Origin: Chiloscyllium plagiosum
Taxonomy: Eukaryota
Reading direction: 5' to 3'
NCBI RefSeq assembly: GCF_004010195.1
Contig: NC_057720.1
Span: forward strand, 4,909,776-4,973,775
DNA: 64,000 nucleotides
Below the pieces are notes generated by a model. The model was not told the origin of the DNA. It saw nothing but the letters and a program-made list of their open reading frames with translations, and made no database searches. Below, in pieces: positions 37,848 to 49,460 of the stretch (positions within the stretch are counted from its first letter, which is position 1; each line of letters starts with the position of its first letter). The position numbers and the translations under genes were made by a program.

Positions 37848-38160
37848 TTCGAGGAGAAAGTGAGGTCTGCAGATGCTGGAGATCGAGAGAGGGGCTGGAT
37901 AGAGTAGACAGGGAGTATTTTTCATGTGATGTGGGTGTTTTTGGCAAAGCTATTTGTAAAAAAAAAAACCGGAAATACACTGAAACAAGGATAATGTTAG
38001 AAAACGTTTTCTCACCCAGCGAGGAGTTAGGGTGTGCAATTCACTGCCTGGAAAGGTGGTGGAAGAAGGTTCGAAGAAGGGCCTTTGCCCGAAACGTCGA
38101 ATCTCCTGTTCCCTGGATGCTGCCTGACCTGCTGTGCTGTTCCAGCAATAAAGTTTCAAC
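37848..38160. mobile_element. PLE terminus insertion carrying an internal 188-bp copy of its own target locus
   Basis: TSD taatgttagaaaac at 37834-37847 and 38161-38174; PLE ends at 37852-37884 and 38073-38160; host copy at 37885-38072. Confidence 0.8.
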
Positions 38161-39476
38161 TAATGTTAGAAAACGTTTTCTCACCCAGCGAGGAGTTAGG
38201 GTGTGGAATTCACTGCCTGGAAAGGTGGTGGAAGAAGGTTCAATTGAGGCATTGAAGAGGGGCACTGGATGATATTTTGAATAGAACCGGTGTTCAGGAA
38301 TATGAGGAAAAGATAGGAGGGTGGCAGTAGATGAGAGAGCCTGACCTTCCAAACGCACAACTACTCCCATCTGGCAGCAGATACATGGGAACACCATCAC
38401 ATTCCAGTTCTCCTCCAAGGCACTCACCGTGCTGACTTGGAAATCTATCACCATTCCTTCAGTGTTGTGGGTCAAAATCCTGGAATTCCCTCCCTCGTGG
38501 CATTGTGGGTCAATCCACAGCAGGTGGGCTGCAGCCGTTCAAGAAGGCATCTCACCCCCACCTTCTCAAGGGGCAACTAGGGAAGGGCAATAAATGCTGG
38601 GCCCAGCCAGCAATACCCACATCCCACAAAGAAATGAACAAGAAACACAGTAGAGCTGGTGAAGGCAAGATGGTCCGAATGGCCTCCTCAATGCTGTAAC
38701 AATTCTGTGATTGTATTAATTCATCAAAGAAGGGGCAGCCATGTTCTACTCAGTACTGAACGACAAAGGAACTGAGGTTTCCAATCAACCACAGACAGAG
38801 GCATTACTGGTCCCACACCAGTATAAGGACGTGCCAAGATTACTGATCAATAATTTGGTCTCTCACATCTCAAGTATACTTTACATCTCAGATTTGATTG
38901 CTCTATCCCACAGATTCACTGCCCACAAAAAAATCCTCCTTATCTTGGTATTAAATATACAACCTCTTACTCTGAGATGATACTCTCCAGTCCTTGACTC
39001 TCCAACAAGGTGAAACAACCTCTCTGCATCTCCCCTGTCAAGTCCCGTAAGAATCTTATGTTTCAAAAAGGTTATCTCTCATTGTCTCATGTTATAACTC
39101 ATCATGAACAGATTAGATTTTTACTGTCCCCATTCTACAGGTGGGATTCGAACCCACAGCTTTGAAAAGTCAGTGCGCAACAACCAAGCCATTGCTAATC
39201 AGAGAGTTCCTCTTGACATTATCAGTAGACACCATCCCAAACCCAAGTGTGATCAGCAATGTCCAGCAGAAGAGACTGAAACAGAATTTCCTGATGCATT
39301 TTAAAATTGAAAGCCAAATGGCTTTTCAAACAAGGAGGATTTTAGAATTTCTAAGATATTGCATATGTTTCCAATCTCATTCAAAACCTTGTTAAAAATG
39401 CCATTGAAAAGTATACCTTCATCTGTAATGTAACTTAATGATAGATCACTAGTATCTATTTTTTTTTTGTTTTAAG

Positions 39477-39560
39477 ATGGAAGAGATTGAAATGGTCATG
39501 CCTAATAAACATTACTTTACAATTGATATGACGAAATTTGGAATTCATGAAAATAATGAG
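39477..39560 (+). CDS. uox: Urate oxidase coding exon 7 (MEEIEMVMPNKHYFTIDMTKFGIHENNE)
   Basis: Acceptor T-rich tract...tttaag|ATG, donor GAG|gtaagc; 84 nt, phase 0/0. Contains the PNxHYF motif. Confidence 0.96.
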
Positions 39561-40535
39561 GTAAGCGGGGTCTGATAGATATTTTGAGTATTGCTTCAGA
39601 TCTGTTCTTAAAGGGTCAAACACATTGGATAAAAATCTGGTAAAATAGCTTATTTCAGGCTGGCTTCTTCAACCCTGTTTTACAAACAGTAATTACCTGC
39701 AACTGGCAAAGGTTTTGCATTAAATTGTCCAGCTGGATGTTAAACAGGTTCAAGTTATCAAGACAATAGATTTTACACATCTTTATAACAATGGTTCAAC
39801 CAATTGTAAGATACCACATCATCTGATGTACCATCAGTAGCTTGTCTCAGAGGGGAGTGAACCTGCGTAATTCTTTACCACAGACGGCTGTCAAAGCTGG
39901 TCATTAAATACCAGGGGTGGCATGATGACTCAATAGTTGGCACTGCTGTGTCACAGCGCTAGGGACCCGGGTTCGATTCCACCCTCAGGCAACTGTCTGT
40001 GTGGAGTTTGCACATTCTCCCCGTGTCTGCGTGGGTCTCCTCCGGGTGCTCTGGTTTCCTCCCACAGTCCAAAGATGTGCAGGTTAGGGTAGATTGGCCA
40101 TGCTAAATTGCCCAGGGATGTGCAGGCTAGATGGGTTAGCCATGGGAAATGCATGGTTACATGGATAGGGTGGGGCTGGGTGGGATGCTCGTCGGAGGGT
40201 CGTTGTGAAGTCAATGGGCCAAATGGCCTGCTTCCACTTGTAGGGAGTGTGATGTGTAAGATACATTCAAGATGAGATAGTCAGATTTTTAATCGGTGGT
40301 GGAATCATCAGTTAGGAAAAGGCAAGGAAAGTGAAACTGAGGATTATCAGATCAGCCATGTTATTGAATGGCGGGTCTGGGTGAGATGCTCTTTGGAGGG
40401 TTAGTGTGAATTTGATGGGCTGAATGGCCAACTTCCGCTCCTCCATCTTATGGTCTTATCAAATTAGTGCCTCACTTCAGAAAGATATGTAAGAATCCAC
40501 TCAAATTCTGATGTCCATGTTTCTGTGTGTTTTAG

Positions 40536-40610
40536 GTTCTATTGCCTTTGGATAACCCCTCAGGAAATATTTCGGGCACTGTACGGAGGGGATTCACATC
40601 CAAACTGTAG
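40536..40610 (+). CDS. uox: Urate oxidase last coding exon 8 (VLLPLDNPSGNISGTVRRGFTSKL*), C-terminal PTS1 SKL
   Basis: Acceptor gttttag|GTT; PLDNPxGxIxGTV motif; ends TCC AAA CTG TAG. Exons 2-8 total 882 nt in one open frame. Confidence 0.96.
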   Translation, partial: VLLPLDNPSGNISGTVRRGFTSKL

Positions 40611-40843
40611 CAGAAGACGGTGCATGAGAAAGAAAGCAAAGAGAGGAGGAGAGATTAAACATTGAAGTGTCATTGGTGACTCAAATGCTCAAATTTAAAA
40701 AGGAAATGAACAAATCCCACATTGCCCAGTGCAACACAGATTAAATTAGAAGTTTGGTCACAGGTTAAGTGCCAAATCTTTGCAAATGTGTTTACCTTTA
40801 TAAAACCTGAGGGTAGAATGTTAAGTCAACGTTTTAATGTTGG

Positions 40844-40849
40844 AATAAA
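40844..40849 (+). terminator. Candidate uox polyadenylation signal AATAAA; further copies at 40972-40977, 41057-41062 and 41447-41452
   Basis: First AATAAA after the uox stop codon, about 235 nt downstream. It is duplicated as part of the TSD of the 40852-41054 insertion. Confidence 0.5.
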
Positions 40850-40851
40850 CA

Positions 40852-41054
40852 CAAGGTCAGAAGTCACACGACATCAGGTTAGAGTCCAAAGGTTTGTTTG
40901 AAATCATAAGCTTTCGGCGCACTGAAGTTTCACCTGATGAAGGGGCAGTTCTCTGAAAGCTTGTGATTTCAAATAAACCTGTTGGATGATAACCCTAGTG
41001 TCGTGTGACTTCTGACCTTGTCCACCCCAGTCCAACACCAGCACCTCCACATCA
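40852..41054. mobile_element. About 200-bp fold-back element (PLE family 2 terminus) inserted at a uox polyA signal
   Basis: About 65-bp imperfect inverted arms (acaaggtcagaagtcacacgac.../...gtcgtgtgacttctgaccttgt); 10-bp TSD ggaataaaca at 40842-40851 and 41055-41064. Confidence 0.8.
40930..40966 (+). ncRNA. Minimal hammerhead ribozyme motif (PLE family 2) at the uox 3' end
   Basis: TCAC-CTGATGA(40934-40940)-AGGGG cagt TCTCT-GAAA(40955-40958)-GC-TT-GTGA. Stem I UCAC/GUGA, palindromic AGCU stem III; stem II weakened by G-U pairs. Confidence 0.6.
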
Positions 41055-44000
41055 GGAATAAACAGCTACTGGTACAGCATTAGATAGTCTAATGATGAAA
41101 TGTACTTGGATGAGCACTTGAAATGTCAGGACATTCAGGGTCAGGAGCCAAGTGCTAGAAAATGGGACAATTCAGACTTGATGGGCCGAAGGGCCTCTTC
41201 AGTGCTGTACGACTCTACAACAGACCAGCTCATATGTATGGACTGTACCCTCCCACGGTTTTTCCAAAACACATCTCCTACAATATTCGTCAAGGAACAC
41301 CAAGCACAGGCAACCAGGCTTTAACCAACACCATATTATTTAAAAAAACATCAATGTAACATTTTTTTCTCTTAAGCAACACGTATAAATACTTTCAATG
41401 TACATCTGTATGCAAATTAAGATGACCGATTACAATACAATAAGTCAATAAAATCTGCAGTTATTATACACGGGAAAAAAAAATCATAATTTAACACATC
41501 ACGCACAAAATACTTGTCGGGAGAAGCGGCCAGCGACTTGCTGCTGAAGAAGGTCCACATGTCTCTCACATGCTGTGTGCAAATTCACACAGCAATGAGG
41601 GTAACAGTGTCACCATCATTTGTTTTCAAGTTTTCAAAAGGCATACAAGTTGTAATACACTTAGACCGGTGCAAGCACAAGCTACAAATACAGGCTTTAC
41701 CATCACAAACAAACACTCAGGGTTGAAGCATTCTGTGCATCTCTTTGCAGTGACCGATGCAAAACATTTTGGGTACAACCTCGGGTCCCACCACGAGCTC
41801 CGAAAAGAGGGGGGAAAAAAGCCAACAGCAACCTGGAACTGTGTCCCCATGGGGGTCTCTCCGAAATCCCGGGGTCTCTCCGAAATCCCCTCCAGCTGCG
41901 CTTGGGGATACAGAGGTCCTTTATAAAGGTGCTGTGTGTGGATGGTTAGCTTGTCAATTCTTATTCATTAAAGCAAAACACTCCAGATGCTGGCAATCAG
42001 AAACAAACACAGAGAAATCACTGGAGAAACTCAGCAGGTCTGCCGGCATCTCTGGGGACAGAAACAGGAGAGAGAAACAGAGGTAACGCTGAGCGTCCAC
42101 AGAATCCCTACAGTGTGGAAGCAAGCCATTCAGACCTTGAGCCTCCAAACAGCATCCCATCCAGACCCAATGCATCACCCGGCATGGTCTAAATCTGTGC
42201 CTAATTCTTGTGTTATTTTTCAATGTGGAGTTAGGACACTTGTGACAGTGGTAATGGTCCAACCTCTAGACTATGGGACCTGGATTTAAATCCCATCTGC
42301 TCCACAGGTATATAATAACATCTCTGAATAGGTGGGTTAGGGGGAGAAAAACATATAGTGCAGACCTAATTGCTTACACTTTTACCTGGTTCGTGTCCTG
42401 CAGTTTTTTATGTCAACAGAAATGAAACTGTACGGAACAGCTGAATAAGGACAACAGTCCCAAACAAGAAATGATCTAACACAATGCTGACCTTCGAAAA
42501 TAGAGGGTTCAGCCACTTGTGCCTTTGATAAAGCAGAAATAGACTAGCAGCTAATGCAGTATCTAATGAGCGGGTGCGACAAATGCCAAAGTTTCTGCAT
42601 ATTTCACAGTTTATAAAACAGTGAGAGTTAACAGGCAGGAAAACTCCTGAAAACTCAGACCCACAAATACACACCTTTTTCACTGAATTAGTGAAGCCAA
42701 CAGTTGCTTTGGTAAAATGTTCATTTCTGCTGCAGACAATGAAATGAGAAGGATCACCGTCGCTGTGAATTCATTAAACTGGACACACCCCATCTCAGGG
42801 CAGTTGCTTCCCAAACTTTCTCCCCACCGTGATCCCATTTCAATTCGGGAAACTGTGTGAGGGAGGGGGCCAGTTATATTGGACACCCAGTGATTATACC
42901 TTGGTCTGAAGTCCAGGGCAGCGATCGCCACCTCCAATCTCATAACCCCCAAAGTCTTAGCTCATTGTTTCACTTGGGGACCTACCGCCCCATTTTAGAA
43001 ATGTCCTTACCAAGGGGCAAAATATGTGGCTGGTGCCAACACTGAGGTGTCAACATCTTGGGGGGCAGCTTCTACTAAACATATAGTTTTATATTTATTC
43101 ATGGTACCTGGGTGTCACTGGCTGGGCCAGCATTTATTGCCTGTCCCTAGTTGCCCCTTGAGAAGGTGGAGGTGAGCTGCCTTCTTGAACTGTTGCAGTG
43201 CCTGTGCTGTAGATAGACCTACAATGCTTTTAGGGTGAGGATTCCAGGATTTTGACCCAGTGACAGTGAAGGAACAGCGATATATTTCTAAGTCAGGATA
43301 GTGAGCTGATGATTCCATGTACCTGCTGCCCCTTGGCCTTCTAGATGATAGTGATCATGGGTTTGAAAGGTGCTGTCTGAGGACCTTTGGTGAAATTTAG
43401 GTTAAATTAACAAGAAATGGTGTCCTCCAAGATAGAAAATTACATCCTTGGTTTCTGGATTTTATGTCTGCTCTTTGGGTAAAAATCTTCACCAAGCAAG
43501 TAGACAGGATGGTGAAGGTGGCGTGTGGCATGCTTGTCTTTATTGGTTGGCGAATTGAGTACAAGAGTTAGGATGCCACGTTACAGCTTTATAAGACTCT
43601 GTTAGGCCGCACTTAGAGTATTATGTTCAATTCTGGTCACCACATTACAGGAAGGATGTGGAAGCTTTAGAGAGGGTGTAGAAGGGGTTTGCCAGGATGC
43701 TGCCTTGATTAGATGGAATGAACTGTAAGGAGAGGCTAGAAAAACTCTGATTGTTTTCTCTGGAGTGGCAAAGGCGGAGGGGAAACTTGATAGGAGTTTA
43801 TAAAATTATGAGATACATAGATAGGGCTGATGGTTAGAATCTTTTTCCCAGAGTTGAAACGTCTACAACTAAAGAGCATGCATTTGAGCTGATGGGGAAA
43901 GTTCACATGAGATGTGAGGGGCAGGTTTTTCACACAGAATGGTAGGAGACTGGAACATGCTGCCAGGGATGGTGGCAGAGACAGATACAATAAGGAGGTT

Positions 44001-45149
44001 TAAGACACTTTTAGATAAGCACATGAATATGCAAGGAATGGAGGGATATGGACCAATGGGAAGGCAGAAGGGATGAGTTTAATTTGGCATCATGTTCGGC
44101 ACAACATTGTGGGCCGAAGGGCCTGTTCCTATAGTACTTTTTTTTAAAAGACCTCCCTTTACTAATCAAAACCTGGGCTCGGACTGCACACCCACCATCC
44201 TCCCTTTCAAAATATTTCTTGAAAACAGCATTCAAAAAAAAAAACCCTGTTGGTCCTCAAATCTCGCAAGCTCCTCATTTCCCAAAAGATGATGATAACC
44301 CACCCAGCCACAGGTTGATTATAAATTGTTTCACCCCCAGGGCAGGGACATCTCTGTCTGGGCTAACCGTTACTGCTCGTCCCAATCTGCCCTTGAGAAG
44401 GTGAAAGGGAGTTGCCACTTGAACACACTGCAGTCCATCTGAATGAAGGTTACTTTATTTTAATGAAGATGATTGTGCGGTTTCAGTACGTGGCTAATTA
44501 AATCAAAATACTGCAGATGCCAGAAATCTAAAATAAAAACAGAAAGTGCTAGAGAAACGCAGCAGGTCTGTGGGGAGAGGAAGTTTCAAGTCTGATATGA
44601 CTCATCTTCAATACCCTGTTGTCACTTTTAGATTTTGTGTAGTGCTTAACCATAAATAAATTCAACTATTTGGTATTAGCCTGTTGCAAGTTCAATGATA
44701 AACTATTAAAAAGGCTGGGATAACACTGTAAACAGCCCACATTTTGCAGTGTGAACATATGATCATAAGATTCCTGGTTAAAGCTGAGCATGCAATGCCA
44801 CTCAATGTCTCATCTCTGAGCAACACAAATTTGACTTGGAGCGGTGCTACCAACTGCTTATGCAAATTTCCCACTGGGCTGTGAAAATGGAAGGGTGCGG
44901 CGGGGGGGTGAAATCTCTGAACTGTAACAACTTCACTTGTTGCTATATCTCAGCATGCGCTCAGCTTCCAACCATAGCTCGAGCAGAGAGGAAAAGAAAC
45001 CATGGTCGGCAAGAAACAGAAGCAGCGGGAGAAACTCATAGCCGCTGTGGAGAGACTGCAGAGTTAACATTTCAGATCCAGCCACCCTTATTCAGAACTA
45101 AGCAGAAAGAGATTTGCTTCGGGGGTGGGGAGAGATTGAGAGAGAACTA

Positions 45150-45275
45150 TATATAGAGAGAGAGTGAGAGAGAGAGCGAGAGGTTGAGAGAGAGAGCGAG
45201 AGGTTGAGAGAGGAAGGTTAAGAGAGAGAGGTTGAGAGAGGGAGAGATTGAGAGAGAGACAGAGAGAGAGATAGA
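45150..45275. repeat. (GA)n-rich microsatellite; others: (TA)n 7082-7101, (CT)n 7871-7910, (GA)n about 54475-54570
   Basis: Direct inspection. Confidence 0.9.
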
Positions 45276-46359
45276 GCATTTTATTGTCCCTTACTTGTAT
45301 CTGCTTGAAGACAAGTATCAACAGAAACTATGATGCTTGATACCACCTCGCCCCTAGCCCCTCATAGAGTCATAGAGATGTACAGCATGGAAACAGACCC
45401 TTCGGTCCAACCCGTCCATGCCGACCAGATATCCCAAGGAATCTAGTCCCATGTGCCAGCACCCGGCCCATATCCCCCCAAACCCTTCCTATTCATATAC
45501 CCATCCAAATGCCTCTTAAATGTTGCAATTGTACCAGCCTCCAGCACATCCTCTGGCAGCTCATTCCATATACCTACCACCCGGTGTGTGAAAACATTGC
45601 CCCTTACGTCTCTTTTATATCTTTCCCCTCTCACCCTAAACCTATGCCCTCTAATTCTGGACTCCCCAACCCCAGGGAAAAGACTTTGCATATTTATCCT
45701 ATCCACGCCCCTCATAATTTCATCTTGGGATGTGCTAGAGACCTTCTAAGCATAGAACTTACATTGCCAAATCTATTCAAAGGCCGCGCCCTTCTACAAT
45801 GAGAGCGAATCAGTCGTCTTCAGGTCAGTGTAGGTCACTAGTAATGGAAAATGTGATGGATAGTAATTGTCAAGGAGATTACTATTACTACATAATTTTC
45901 TATGTAAATACACAACACAGCAATCTGTAAAAATTATTAAACCATCCTCACTTTTCTGAATCTGGGGATATGAAATAGGGGCAATATTTTACTTTCAGGA
46001 CGTGGGTGTCATTGGCTGGGCCCAGCATTTATTGCTCGTCCCTAATTGCCCCTCGAGGTGGTGGTGATAAGCTGCTTTGTTGAACCATTGCAGTCTGTGT
46101 GCTGTATGTACCTGGTCAACTTGCCATTTATTCTGAAGGGTCACTTGACCCGAAATGTTAACTCTGATTTTTCTCAACAGATGCTGCCAGACCTGCTGAG
46201 GTTTTCCAGCAAATTCTGTTTTGTTTGTGATTTATAGCATCCAGAGTTTTTACGGATTTTATTTCGCAAATTATACAGAACTTCCTTTCATGAAGAATAT
46301 GACCAAACGTTCTGAGCTGCATGTGGGTTGGGAATGAGGATGAATGGGGAGACAGAGAC

Positions 46360-46665
46360 ATAGTGGTGATCTCAGTGGCCTAGCAGTCCAGAATGCCTTC
46401 TGAGGATATGGGTTCAACTCCCACCCTGATAAATGGTCAAGCTTGAATTCAATGAAAAAAGAAAATCTGGAATAAAAAGTTAGCCTAATGGTAACCATGA
46501 AGACAACTGTTGCTTGTTGTAAAAACCAACTTGGTTTTTAAGGAAGGAAATCTGCCATCCTTACCCTGGTCTAGCCTACATGTGACTCCAAACTCACAGC
46601 AATGTGGTTGAATCTTAACTGCCCTTTGGGCAATTAGGGATGGACAATAAATGCAATTCACAAAT
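46360..46665 (+). mobile_element. Second SINE-like family sharing its 3' end with the second LINE family; related pieces at about 6150-6345, 35720-35915 and 62840-63105
   Basis: B-box-like ggttcaactccc, conserved aaggaaatctgccatccttacc...tgtgactcca...caattagggatgg-aataaatgc tail. Confidence 0.55.
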
Positions 46666-48347
46666 GCAACGTCAGTACTCATTACAAGAGCAGGGATGTA
46701 CTGCTGAGGCTGTATAAGGCTCTAGTCAGACTGCATTTAGAATACTGAGAGTGGTTTTGGGACCCGTATCTGAGGAAGGATGTGCTGGAATCAGTGGGTG
46801 TTCAGAGAGGGTTTACAGGAATGATCCTGGGGATGAAGGGATTGTCATTTGAGAACTCTGGGCCTGTACAGTTTAGAAGGACGAGAGGAATCTGACTGAA
46901 ATTTCCAGAGGCCTGGATAGAGTGGAAGTGGAGATGCTACCACCAGGGGAGAGACTAGGACGCGAGGGCATAGCCTCAAGACTGAAAGGATGACCCTTTA
47001 GAACTGAGAGAGGGAGAAATTTCTGCATCCAAAGTGTGGGGAATCTGTGGAAGAGTCAGCGGACTGAAACGTTAACTCTGACTTCTCTTCACAGACACTG
47101 GCAGACCTGCTGAGCTTTTCCAGCAACTTCTGTTTTGTTGGTGAATCTGTGGAATCGATTGCTACAGAAGGCTACAGAGGCCAAGTCACTGAGCGTATTT
47201 AAGACAGATAGATAGGTCCTTGATTGGTAAGGAGATCAAAGGTTATGGGGAGAAAGCAGGAGAATGGGGTTGAGAAACAGATCAGCTATGATTGAATGGC
47301 GGAGCAGACTCGATGGGCTGAACAGCCTCATTCTGCTTGTGTATTTTATGGTCTTAAGCTGGCCCTGCCAGCCACACACACTTTCCATGAATGTAAAGTA
47401 ACTCCTTTTCATCCCTCCTTCTCTGTAACCATCAATCGGACCATCCGGCAATGAGTTTGACAATCACATCTCTTGTGTGCTCCACTTGGTTTGAGGCCTG
47501 GCTCCCTCCATGAACTGTTGGTGGGTGGGACCTTTACAGAGCTAGCGAACACCACTCCGTCTGGAAGGGAGTGCCTCGTTACTGACCCTCTGAAGCTCAA
47601 CATGAGGCGAGGAAAGACAGGTCAGACCAAAATCCAAAAATCTTCCACCTTGGGTTGGGCAACCTCACTCTTATCAGCTAAAAAGATGCACAGAAGCTGC
47701 GGACCCTTCAGCACAGAGCCAAAGCCACATTCCGAGACACAGCCTTCGGCACTAAAACTGACAAGAGCGTCAGTCAAACGCTAAAACTGGAAAGCCAGGT
47801 AAACTCTTCCAGCCATCCACCTGCACCCGCTTAAAGGCTACACGTTAATATAAAATGGAGGATTTCACAAACGTGGACATTATCTCTCTTGTAAAAGTGC
47901 CCAGGGCAAAAAATCCACAGTCAAAAGCAATGAATTATTGCAGGAGTCCCACAGCCGTCCGGTCAAGGGTTTGAGAGTTCCCTCAGGTCACGATCTTTAC
48001 CGGAGTAAACACAACGTCAATCATTGGTGACGTCAAAGCACCACAGCTCAGAAGCAGATGGAAGAGAGCTCCCAGAGTTGATGCACACAGCCGTGTTGCC
48101 TCATTGAAGGTTGTGCTCCCTGCCCGAGGTCTCAAAAAGCACTCAAACAATTTCCTATGACACCGAGCGTCTGCAATCCACACTTACAAACAGGAGGACA
48201 TTGTCCTACATGCAACCATCAGGAGGAATGGGGGAGGAGGTAGCCGTGAGGAAATGGCAGCTGGATTTCGACACCCCACTCCCCCTCCCTCTCCCACACC
48301 AACCCACCCCCAAAAGGTACCCGAGAGTTCACAGACCACCTGTAGCA

Positions 48348-48491
48348 CTACAAGGAGCTGCTTTTCAGATGGCGTAACTGTAACGCTTTCACGTGGTACT
48401 CGTAAATCTTGAGTGCAGGGCCCAGCTTGATTGAGAGGCCTGTCAGAACGTCGCTTCTCTTCATGAGGAGTAAGGATTTGCCATCTATCTC
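48348..48491 (-). CDS. samd13: Sterile alpha motif domain-containing protein 13, last coding exon ([47 protein letters not shown])
   Basis: Minus-strand acceptor ttttcccttgtag|GAG, 144 nt to TAG. Encodes the C-terminal half of a SAM domain, near-identical to human SAMD13 as recalled ([35 protein letters not shown]). Convergent position next to uox matches known synteny. Confidence 0.93.
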   Translation of the reverse strand, partial: EIDGKSLLLMKRSDVLTGLSIKLGPALKIYEYHVKALQLRHLKSSSL

Positions 48492-48929
48492 CTACAAGGG
48501 AAAATCAAAACCACATCAATCATAGGCACTTTTAACAGTCTCAGTTAACAGAAACTCTGACATTGTGACGCACTGCTCCTGCTGTGTTTGCCGACAGTGA
48601 CTGACACACACACACACAGGGGTCAGACACTGCTCTTAATCAGCCATGTACAGGGTTCAGGGTCATGGTGGTAGGGGGGGTGGGGAGTTGGGAGAGAGAT
48701 CAGACTGGGGTAAGGGTTTCTCTTGTCCCCTACTCCTCCTATCTCTGGGTCTCTCCTTCTCACCCCACCACTGAAGGGCTCTCCTTGCTGTCACTCCCCA
48801 AGCCACTGGTTCCTGGGCCCTCTATCCTTCTCCCTGGGGGAGTTTTCTCCCCTTTCTCACACCCCCTCCCAATCACTGGAGCGCAGATCAAAATGGCAAC
48901 TGAATCCCGGTGTGTGCACAGTAATGCAA

Positions 48930-49460
48930 TGGCACGTGGTATTCCACATGAGGTCTACATGATGGCAGTATTGGCATGTAGTGTCACACATGAGGCTTAC
49001 ATGATGACGGCAGTACTGGCATGTGGTATCACACGTGAGGTGTACATGATGGCAGTGCTGGCGTGTGTGTTAGACATGAGGTATACATGATAATGGCGGT
49101 GCTGGTGTGTACTGGCATGTGGTGTCCGACATGATTTCTATATGATGATGGTGCTAGCGTGTATTGGTGTGTTTGTGTCAGACACGAGGTGTACATGATA
49201 ATGGCGGTGCTGGCGTGTATTGGCATGTAGTGTCACACATGGGATCTACATGATGACGGGGTGCTGGCAAGTAGTGTCACACATGAGGTCTACATGATGA
49301 TGGCAGTGCTGGCATATATTGGCGTGTGGTGTCACACATGATTTCTACATGATGATGGTGCTGATGTGTATTGACATGTGGTATCATACATGATGATGGT
49401 GCTGGCGTGTATTGGCGTGTTTGTATCAGACGTAAGATCTGCGTGATGATGGTGGTGCTG
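48930..49460. repeat. Degenerate minisatellite (unit about 45-55 bp, about 10 copies) in the samd13 last intron
   Basis: Recurrent gtcacacatgaggtctacatgatgatggcagtgctggcgtgtattggcatgt. Confidence 0.85.

Noticed and set aside
48665..49090. 141-aa ORF with repeated HEVYMMAVLAC units
   Set aside because: It is a translation of the minisatellite, antisense within a samd13 intron, with no splice or homology support.
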